Positions 1-7,204 of a DNA stretch of 13,252 nt are shown one piece after another. The first letter of the stretch is position 1; the number at the start of each line of letters is the position of its first letter. This DNA comes from an uncultured Eubacteriales bacterium (GTDB lineage Bacteria > Bacillota > Clostridia > Christensenellales > Aristaeellaceae): the NCBI GenBank assembly GCA_902790015.1, contig CADAQF010000058.1, forward strand, positions 1 to 13,252, written 5' to 3'. The notes under the pieces were generated by a model. It worked only from the letters and a program-made list of their open reading frames with translations. It was not told the DNA's origin and did not search any database. A program made the translations under genes and the position numbers.

Positions 1-272
1 GATTTTGCAAGAGATAAACGTTTGGATTTCCAATAGTTTCAATGGGTTTCAGATGTCCACACTAGGACTTCATAGTGTTGTGTTCCGGGAATCTAGGATC
101 GGGGTCGCGTTGATCTTTTTGATGTAGTCTGATCCGTTTGAATGTATATAGGCTCCCTCGATTATAATTACAAAATCAAGCAGGAACATGCCGTCCAGGG
201 AAACCGCCACATCCTCTTTTCCGTGGAGTATCACCTAAGCGTCCGCTGCAGGCGGATAAAAAAGCTGCCGCT

Positions 273-1382
<1,110 letters not shown>

Positions 1383-1383
1383 A

Positions 1384-3204
1384 TTAACCTCCTACCCCCT
1401 TGTCGATGGAAGCGCCGGTCAGCTTGTTGACCGTGAAATTGACCAGCAGCACCACCACGATGATCAGCAGATTGATCGCGTTGCCGAACTGGGCCCAGCC
1501 CTTTTCGGAATACTGCATGAGCATGGTGGTCAGAATCGTGTTGCTGGACGGCACCAGCAGCACGAACAGCGACAGCTCGCGCATGCAGGATACCATGGGC
1601 AAAAGATAACCGGACAGGAAGCTGCTCTTCTGTATCGGGAAAATGACCCGCAGCATCCGCTTCCACCACGGCACGCCGGTAATGACCGCCGCCTCCTCTA
1701 TTTCCCCGGAAAGCTGCAGCATCGCGTTCACGCCGCTGCGGGACGCGAACGGCAGATATTTGACCGAGCCCACCAGCCCCAGCAGCAAAAACCCGCTCAG
1801 CCAGGAAATATGGCTGGCCATCGCCAGATAGATGGCGCCGAAGGCCAGCGAGGGCATCAGGTACGGGAAGAAGGACAGGCTGTTGACCAGCGAGGAAAGC
1901 CGGCTGCCCCGGCGCTTGGCCACGCCGTAGCCCACCAGGATGCCGCTCGTGCCGGCCACCAGCGCGCAGGTCAGCGCCAGCAGCAGGCTGTAGCCCAGCG
2001 CGTTCCACACCTTGGGGTTGAGCAGGATGCCCGTGCTGTCTCCCTGGTCCAGGCGCTTGTCAAGCCCGGTGCCGATCCAGAAGTCCAGCGTCATGTTGGC
2101 CGGGGTATAGTCTCCCGCCTTGACGATGACAGATTCCAGCGCGAACGTGATCAGCGGCACCACGGCCACCAGCACCAGCAGCACCACCAGGAAAAGGGCC
2201 ACCGGACGGTTGAGCCGGCCCAGCTTTATCTGGGAGATCTGGCCGGACTTGCCGGTGACGGTCGTGAACTGCTTGCGGGAATTGGTCACCTTCTGGTTCA
2301 TCAGCAGTATGGCCACCCCGAACAGGATCATCACCGCCACGATGATGTACGCCTGCCCCGGATAGCTGTCCATCAGCGATTTCATTTTAGTGGACAGCAC
2401 GTAGTAGCGCACCGGCGAGCCTAAAAACACCGGCACCGAATACGCGCTCATGGAGCTGGCGAACACCAGCAGGAAGGTGGAAAGCATGGCGGGCTTCACG
2501 ATGGGCAGCGTGATGCGCCACAATATCCGCGCCCGGGAGGTTTTGAGTATCGTGGCGGCCTCCTCGAGATTCGCGTCCATGTTGCGCAGTATCCCGCCCA
2601 TCAGTATGTAGGCGAACGGCGCGTAATGCAGCCCCAGCACCAGCGCGATGGGGAAATAGCCGTACACGAACCATTCCGGCATGAACACTTTGAACACCGA
2701 GGCCATGATGCCGTTGGAGGTCTTTAAGCCTATGTTCACGTTCTTGAAAAACGTTTCCCAGAAAAGCGCCAGCGTCCAGCTGGGCATGATGTAGGGAAAC
2801 ACGAATACCGCCGAGACGAATTTTTTATAGCGGATATCCGTCCGGGTGATGAGAAACGCCACCGTGCCGCCGAACAGGATCGCTATCACCGACGCCGTCA
2901 GGGATACCGCCAAAGTATTCAAAAACGGCTGATAGAACTGGATGCTGCTGTAGCTGTTCGCCGAAGTCGCGAACAGGCGGGTAAAGTGGTAGGTCGTGAA
3001 GGCCCCGGCGTCCTGTCTGGCGGCCCGCACCTCCTTGCCCGGGTGGATGATGAACATCTCCGACAGCAGCGAAAGCAGCGGATACAGCGTCAGCACCGTC
3101 AGCGCGATCAGGAAAAACAGCAGGATGATGTTGGCCGGCTTGGACATCCAGGCCCGCAGCCTTCCTCGCGTCCGCGCCCAGCCCGCTTTCTTCGTTTGCT
3201 CCAT
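1384..3204 (-). CDS. ABC transporter permease, fused two-domain (duplicated BPD_transp_1) polypeptide
   Basis: 606-aa, very hydrophobic ORF with two EAA-loop motifs: LEEAATILKTSRARILWRITLPIVKP and IEEAAVITGVPWWKRMLRVIFPIQKS. This means two transmembrane domains in one chain, as in FbpB/ThiP-type (COG1178-like) permeases. GGGGGGA lies 7 nt upstream of the ATG at 3204. Substrate cannot be assigned from sequence alone. Confidence 0.9.
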   Translation of the reverse strand: MEQTKKAGWARTRGRLRAWMSKPANIILLFFLIALTVLTLYPLLSLLSEMFIIHPGKEVRAARQDAGAFTTYHFTRLFATSANSYSSIQFYQPFLNTLAVSLTASVIAILFGGTVAFLITRTDIRYKKFVSAVFVFPYIMPSWTLALFWETFFKNVNIGLKTSNGIMASVFKVFMPEWFVYGYFPIALVLGLHYAPFAYILMGGILRNMDANLEEAATILKTSRARILWRITLPIVKPAMLSTFLLVFASSMSAYSVPVFLGSPVRYYVLSTKMKSLMDSYPGQAYIIVAVMILFGVAILLMNQKVTNSRKQFTTVTGKSGQISQIKLGRLNRPVALFLVVLLVLVAVVPLITFALESVIVKAGDYTPANMTLDFWIGTGLDKRLDQGDSTGILLNPKVWNALGYSLLLALTCALVAGTSGILVGYGVAKRRGSRLSSLVNSLSFFPYLMPSLAFGAIYLAMASHISWLSGFLLLGLVGSVKYLPFASRSGVNAMLQLSGEIEEAAVITGVPWWKRMLRVIFPIQKSSFLSGYLLPMVSCMRELSLFVLLVPSSNTILTTMLMQYSEKGWAQFGNAINLLIIVVVLLVNFTVNKLTGASIDKGVGG

Positions 3205-3218
3205 GTCAGATCCCCCCT

Positions 3219-3255
3219 GAAAAACACCGGCGGGACGGGTGAACCGTCCCGCCGG
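3219..3255 (-). terminator. Intrinsic terminator/attenuator between the binding-protein gene and the permease gene
   Basis: Perfect 12-bp GC-rich stem (3227-3238 pairs with 3244-3255) with a 5-nt loop. On the minus strand it is followed directly by TGTTTTTC (3226-3219). The T-tract is present only in the minus-strand orientation. Confidence 0.6.
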
Positions 3256-3301
3256 CAGGGCGCTTGATTACAGTTTGAACAAAGATATCTTAAATGCTTG
3301 C

Positions 3302-4441
3302 TTACTGCAGGCAGGCCAGGATGAAGTCCTCCACGTCCACGCCCGCGTCCAGGATATAGGCGGAATCCTCCACCACCAGGGTGTCCTTCCACACATCGAT
3401 GGTCAGGTCGCCCTCGTTGACCTTGATGGAAGCGATCGGGGAATAGGCGCCGATGCTCTTGCCCCAGGGCTCGAAGCCTTCCTGGGTCATCAGGTATTCG
3501 ATGAACAGCATGGCGGTATAGGGCCGGGTGGCCTTCACGTTGACCATGGTGTACATCGGGTACATAAAGCCGGAGAAGGGCTCCACCGCATAGCCGTTGG
3601 CGGTGGCGTCGTACTGGGCCACGGTCAGGTTGTCGGTAAGCACCGAGGAGGAGCGCAGCTTGCTCAGCACGAACAGGCCGATCTTGCCCGCGGCCGTCTC
3701 CTGGCTGACTTCTTCGGCGATGGTCGTGTCGGACTTGCCGAACGTGCAGTTGGCCAGGAATTCCGCGATCCACTTGTACCCGGCGTTCTGGTATTCGCCC
3801 AGGTCGATGTCCTCGCCCTTCCAGTTCTTATAGGCCTCCGCCAGCTTTTCGGACCATTTGTCGCTCGTCAGCATGACCAGGAAGTTCATGTTGACCTTTT
3901 CGCTTTCGGGGTTCTTGAAAATGACGCGGCCCTTGAAGGCGGGGTCGGTCAGCTCCCACACGTTTTTGATGGCAGGCGCGTCGTCGCCCAGGTTGTTGTA
4001 GATAAACAGCTTGTTGATGAACTGATGAACCAGCGGGTTCTGATCGGCTTCGGCCACCTCGCCCTTCACGCTGGCGGGCAGGAAGTTCATCACCAGGCCT
4101 TCGGCGATGGCGTCAGTCAGCTGGGCGCCGTCCTGGATCATCACCATGTCCGCGGCCTCCGCGCCGGACTCGTTGCGAAGCTTGGTGTAGATTTCCTGAT
4201 CCTTGACGTTGGTGGACAGGAAATCGATGCCGTACAGCTCGCTGAAGGCCGCCGCGGCTGTTTCGATGCGGCTGGTGTTGCCGTAAACGATGAAGGTGCC
4301 CGTTTCCGCCTTGGCCTTTTCGACCAGCTCGTCATGGCTCATCGCCTCGCCCGCGGCGATGTCACCCGCCACGTCGGCAAATGCGGACAGCGCGGACAAA
4401 AGCAGGCAGCAGCACAGCATCAAAGCAAACCATTTTTTCAT
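3302..4441 (-). CDS. ABC transporter extracellular solute-binding protein (family-1/iron(III)-like SBP fold, substrate unknown)
   Basis: The ORF track gives 3302..4450 (MIHMKKW...). AGGAGGG abuts the first ATG, so the second ATG (4441, MKKWFALMLCCCLLLSALSAFA|DVAGD) has the sensible RBS spacing of ~10 nt. It has an N-terminal signal peptide, SBP-sized length and SBP-like composition, and sits first in the SBP-permease-ATPase operon. There is no canonical lipobox; the AFA|D site looks like a signal peptidase I site, which is slightly unusual for a Gram-positive SBP. Confidence 0.86.
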   Translation of the reverse strand: MKKWFALMLCCCLLLSALSAFADVAGDIAAGEAMSHDELVEKAKAETGTFIVYGNTSRIETAAAAFSELYGIDFLSTNVKDQEIYTKLRNESGAEAADMVMIQDGAQLTDAIAEGLVMNFLPASVKGEVAEADQNPLVHQFINKLFIYNNLGDDAPAIKNVWELTDPAFKGRVIFKNPESEKVNMNFLVMLTSDKWSEKLAEAYKNWKGEDIDLGEYQNAGYKWIAEFLANCTFGKSDTTIAEEVSQETAAGKIGLFVLSKLRSSSVLTDNLTVAQYDATANGYAVEPFSGFMYPMYTMVNVKATRPYTAMLFIEYLMTQEGFEPWGKSIGAYSPIASIKVNEGDLTIDVWKDTLVVEDSAYILDAGVDVEDFILACLQ

Positions 4442-4503
4442 ATGAATCATCCCTCCTGTATTATCCTTGGCCGGGCCCCGCCCGGCAGCTTTTCACTGGA
4501 TAC

Positions 4504-4532
4504 ATCTTACCATGTTTTCATCCGGAAATCAA
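4504..4532 (-). promoter_or_regulatory. Candidate sigma-A type promoter of the ABC operon
   Basis: On the minus strand: TTGATT (4532-4527), a 17-nt spacer ending in TGg (extended -10), then TAAGAT (4509-4504). The predicted ~60-nt leader contains a perfect 7-bp GC hairpin (4470-4476 / 4480-4486) just upstream of the RBS. Confidence 0.4.
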
Positions 4533-4678
4533 CCATTTTTTCTATCTCCGCGCCGGGTTTATGCCCGGGTTCAGGCATTCACCTCTCTCCCGTCAGCGTG
4601 CCCGGGCCTTAAGCCCTTTTGCGGATGATTTGAACAACTGTATAATAATACATGAAAACCCGCATTTTCAGACAAATC

Positions 4679-4722
4679 AAAAACCCCCGGGACCCGCAGG
4701 GGAATTGCCGGTCATCCGGGGG
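4679..4722 (-). terminator. Intrinsic terminator of the downstream SH3b gene (4801..5478)
   Basis: Stem CCCCCGG(4684-4690)/CCGGGGG(4716-4722) extended by GACC(4691-4694)/GGTC(4710-4713) across a 2-nt bulge. On the minus strand it is followed by TTTTT (4683-4679). It lies 78 nt past the stop codon. Confidence 0.6.
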
Positions 4723-4800
4723 CAAGCGCCGTGTTTTACTCAGGACTGGCCGCAGGACCGCCTTCTGCGGTTTGTGACCGTCCGGCCATCCGAAGGCCCG

Positions 4801-5478
4801 TCAATAATCGTCCTCTTCCTCGTACTCCTCAAAGGACACCCGGGACACATTCACATAGCCCCAGTACCCGTTATAGCTGGTCAGCAGCCAGATGTTGTCG
4901 TTCACGTCATAGAACCAGCAGTAGATATAGACGGCGGAGTTGCCGTGGATCTTGGTCAGGATATTGCTGTCGTCCGACGCGTCCATGTTCCGGCGCAGAT
5001 TGGCGCCCAGGGGGCCGGTGTGGCCCTCCGCCTCCACGCTGTGGCCGCCGAAGCGCCAGTACTCGCCCTCCATCATGCTGGCGGGCATCAGGGTGAAGGC
5101 CTTGTTGCTGTTCCCGTCGTAGAGGAAATCGTCCGGCCGCTCGTACTCGTAGTCCTCTTCGTCCCAGGACACGCGGCTGCCCTGGGAGCCCCGGGTGGAA
5201 ACCACGGTCACATAGCTCTCCGCCACGTAGCCGATATAATCCTGGTAGCGGACGTAATACCAGTTGCCCTTCTTGTCCAGCACCTCCAGCTTGGTGTACT
5301 GGTGGATGGTGGTGATGTAGTTCCTGTCGTCCACCTTGGGCTCGGAGCGCAGGTTGACCCCGCCCGCCCCGGTCATGACCACGGCCACGTCGGTATAGGC
5401 CAGGGAAGGCAGCGCGCACACCGTCAGCGCCGCGCAAAGAAGCAGCGCCGCCGCCTTTCTGTAAAGCTTACTGTTCAT
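4801..5478 (-). CDS. Secreted protein with two bacterial SH3 (SH3b)-like domains and an acidic C-terminus
   Basis: 225 aa. Signal peptide MNSKLYRKAAALLLCAALTVCALPSLA|YT. The N-terminal SH3b pattern is GGVNLRSEPKV...TKLEVLDKKGNWYYVRYQDYIGYVAESYV. A second SH3b-like module is GANLRRNMDASDDSNIL...WLLTSYNGYWGYVNVSRV. The C-terminus is EEYEEEDDY. AAGGAG lies 7 nt before the ATG. It is a paralog of 5625..6362. Confidence 0.8.
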   Translation of the reverse strand: MNSKLYRKAAALLLCAALTVCALPSLAYTDVAVVMTGAGGVNLRSEPKVDDRNYITTIHQYTKLEVLDKKGNWYYVRYQDYIGYVAESYVTVVSTRGSQGSRVSWDEEDYEYERPDDFLYDGNSNKAFTLMPASMMEGEYWRFGGHSVEAEGHTGPLGANLRRNMDASDDSNILTKIHGNSAVYIYCWFYDVNDNIWLLTSYNGYWGYVNVSRVSFEEYEEEDDY

Positions 5479-5574
5479 CAGGTATCTCCTTGCATCCGTT
5501 CAGTCAAACAGTCATGGTCATACCCGCCTGTTATTTCCGGGGCTTCACCGCATGATCCCGCAGCCGGGCGCGCC

Positions 5575-5608
5575 ACGACAAACGGGGAGAGGCGTTTTGC
5601 CTCTCCCC
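5575..5608 (-). terminator. Hairpin terminator downstream of the upstream SH3b gene (5625..6362)
   Basis: Perfect 10-bp stem GGGGAGAGGC(5584-5593)/GCCTCTCCCC(5599-5608) with a 5-nt loop. The minus-strand tail is GTTTGTCGT, only moderately U-rich. The plus-strand side has a better T-tract (CGTTTTGTTTCTTT), so it could act bidirectionally. Confidence 0.55.
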
Positions 5609-5624
5609 CGTTTTGTTTCTTTGA

Positions 5625-6362
5625 TCAGAAGAAGAGGTTGCTGTTGTCTTCTTCCTCTTCCTCAAACTCGATGTCGATATCAAGCTCCACGTTGGTGGAA
5701 TGGACATAGCCTTCATACGTGCCCACGGTCACATAATACCATACGCTGCCGCCGGCGTCGTAGAAGTAGCAGTGCACCATCAGCGGGGTGCGGCGCGGCA
5801 TGTTGTAGATCAGCACGCCGTTGGTGTCGTCGCGGTCCATGTTGCGGCGCAGGTTGGCGCCCTTGTTGATGACCGTGCCGGTGGCTTCCACGGCATGGCC
5901 GCCGTAGCGCCAGTATTCGCCGTCCATCAGCGTCACGTTCCTGCCGGAGAAGGCGGCGTTGCGGTTGCCGTCAAACAGGAAGGTCTGGCCGTGCAGGTCG
6001 GTCACGGCAGCCCACATCTGCTGTTCGGCCAAGTAGGATTCGGGCACGTCCGCCCCGGTGTAGTCGGCGGGATCGTCCGAATAATCGGAGATGAACACCA
6101 CGCCGGAATGGACGTATCCCCGCGTGTCGTTGAAGCGGACGCGGTACCATTCCTCGTCAAAGCTGATGACTTCCAGTTCCACATAAGGAGCCAGGTTGAT
6201 CAGCACGTTGTCGCCGTAGGCGGAGGGCTTGGAGCGCAGCTTGGCGCCGTTGGGGCCGGTCATGACGGCGGTCACCTGCGCGGTCTGGGCGGCCTGAGCC
6301 AGGGCAGCCACGCAGCCCGAAAGCAGCATTACGCAAAGCATCAGGGAGATGATTTTTTTCAT
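5625..6362 (-). CDS. Putative lipoprotein/secreted protein with two SH3b-like domains and an acidic C-terminus (paralog of 4801..5478)
   Basis: 245 aa. The signal peptide carries a lipobox-like LLSG|C (MKKIISLMLCVMLLSGCVAALAQA). SH3b pattern: GAKLRSKPSAYGDNVLINLAPYVELEVISFDEEWYRVRFNDTRGYVHSGVV. Second module: GANLRRNMDRDDTNGVL...WYYVTVGTYEGYVHSTNV. Acidic tail: DIDIEFEEEEEDNSNLFF. AGGAGGAA lies 6 nt before the ATG. Confidence 0.8.
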   Translation of the reverse strand: MKKIISLMLCVMLLSGCVAALAQAAQTAQVTAVMTGPNGAKLRSKPSAYGDNVLINLAPYVELEVISFDEEWYRVRFNDTRGYVHSGVVFISDYSDDPADYTGADVPESYLAEQQMWAAVTDLHGQTFLFDGNRNAAFSGRNVTLMDGEYWRYGGHAVEATGTVINKGANLRRNMDRDDTNGVLIYNMPRRTPLMVHCYFYDAGGSVWYYVTVGTYEGYVHSTNVELDIDIEFEEEEEDNSNLFF

Positions 6363-6426
6363 GTCGGGTTCCTCCTATTGAAATATGATACGCTGTGGGA
6401 AATGACCCCTGTCATATTCATAGTCC

Positions 6427-6455
6427 ATTATAAACGGAAATCGCCGAATTGGCAA
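6427..6455 (-). promoter_or_regulatory. Candidate sigma-A promoter of the 5625..6362 gene
   Basis: On the minus strand: TTGCCA (6455-6450), a 17-nt spacer, then a consensus TATAAT (6432-6427). It sits ~65 nt upstream of the ATG, in a locally AT-rich stretch. Confidence 0.5.
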
Positions 6456-6630
6456 GATTTTTTCCGTGCACAAACGCTTTTTTCCGTAAAAATATCGGGA
6501 AGCTTCCGCAAAGGGGTCTTATCTGCCTTATCAACTGTTCAGTCGTACAATCAAAGTGACGTACGAAACAATCTTTTGTGAAGCGGGATCCCTAAGTCCG
6601 GCGATTCATTCGCCGGATGGGGTTCGCAGC

Positions 6631-6833
6631 GCCCGGAAAACAGGCCAGTGGCCTGTTTTCAGCGAGAACGGGCCGGCAATCCTGGGGTGAGGCGGGCCCG
6701 GAAATCGGTCCGGTGGACCGATTTCACCGACGAACGGGCCGGCAGGCCCTGGGGTGAGGAGGGCCCGGAAATCGGTCCGGTGGACCGATTTCTGGACCGA
6801 TTTCACCGACGAACGGGCCGGCAGGCCCTGGGT
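6631..6833. repeat. Tandem repeat array (66/79-bp units, about 2.3 copies plus a diverged partial copy), each unit carrying a perfect 11-bp-stem/3-nt-loop palindrome
   Basis: Units start at 6666, 6732 and 6811 (the last is partial), each beginning GAACGGGCCGGCA. Palindromes are at 6636-6660 (GAAAACAGGCC-AGT-GGCCTGTTTTC), 6701-6725 and 6768-6792 (both GAAATCGGTCC-GGT-GGACCGATTTC), each preceded by GCCCG. The second unit has a 12-bp internal duplication (TGGACCGATTTC, 6793-6804). An additional unrelated 7-bp-stem hairpin sits at 6598-6616. Confidence 0.85.
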
Positions 6834-6902
6834 TACTTGGCCGAGCACCCGCATAAACTGCCTGAACAGTGAACAGCGGTGAGAGGACGCCAGTCACCTG
6901 CC

Positions 6903-7175
6903 TTATTCCCTTTCCGCCTTCATCCCCTCGTCCTCGGAAAGCACCCTGTACATGGCCGCTGCGTTTTCCTTGCGGACCACCTCGGACACGTCCGTGATCT
7001 CGTACACGCCCACCCGGTTGCCAAAGCGGATGGACATCCTGTCCCCCACTTTGACCTCCGTTCCGGCCTTGGCCGGCCGGTCGTTAATGGAAACGCGGCC
7101 GCCGTCGCAGGCCTCCTTGGCCACCGTGCGCCGCTTGATGATGCGAGATACCTTGAGATATTTGTCCAGTCTCAT
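6903..7175 (-). CDS. rqcP: S4-domain RNA-binding protein, YabO/RqcP family (ribosome quality control P-site tRNA factor)
   Basis: The 90-aa ORF MRLDKYLKVSRIIKRRTVAKEACDGGRVSINDRPAKAGTEVKVGDRMSIRFG... closely resembles B. subtilis YabO as I recall it. It lies immediately downstream of a YabM-like flippase, as in Bacillus. AAGGAGG lies 9 nt before the ATG. Confidence 0.85.
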   Translation of the reverse strand: MRLDKYLKVSRIIKRRTVAKEACDGGRVSINDRPAKAGTEVKVGDRMSIRFGNRVGVYEITDVSEVVRKENAAAMYRVLSEDEGMKAERE

Positions 7176-7204
7176 CTGATATTGCCTCCTTGGTCATGTT
7201 CTGT

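Noticed and set aside
4442-4450. Upstream ATG (MIHM...) as the start of the binding-protein gene
   Set aside because: The AGGAGGG Shine-Dalgarno directly abuts this ATG with no spacer. The ATG at 4441 has normal spacing and starts the signal peptide with MKK.
4533-4640. Calling this segment a bona fide TPP (THI-box) riboswitch
   Set aside because: Only the 3' arm resembles the consensus. The CUGAGA element and the P2/P3 order do not fit, the best promoter lies downstream of it, and the ATPase is MalK-type rather than ThiQ-type. It is kept only as a low-confidence structured region under findings.
6696-6725. Partition/nucleoid-occlusion site idea: GCCCGGAAAT resembles half of the Noc-binding site ATTTCCCGGGAAAT, and origin-proximal parS sites might be expected near gyrA
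   Set aside because: Only a half-site-like match is present, and it is missing one G. The actual palindrome centre (CGGTCC-GGT-GGACCG) is unrelated to parS (TGTTNCACGTGAAACA) or the Noc-binding site. No parB or noc gene is in the window.
6631-6833. Possible CRISPR array (25-nt palindromic repeats separated by 40-42-bp spacers)
   Set aside because: The 'spacers' are themselves near-identical copies of each other, so this is a tandem repeat of a 66/79-bp unit. There are only three repeats, and no cas genes or leader are present in the window.
6606-6872. ORFs 6606..6854 (-, 82 aa) and 6648..6872 (+, 74 aa) across the repeat array
   Set aside because: Neither has an RBS. Their sequences are internally repetitive and Pro/Gly/Arg-rich purely because they translate the tandem repeat, and they overlap each other on opposite strands. 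Both are most likely non-coding.
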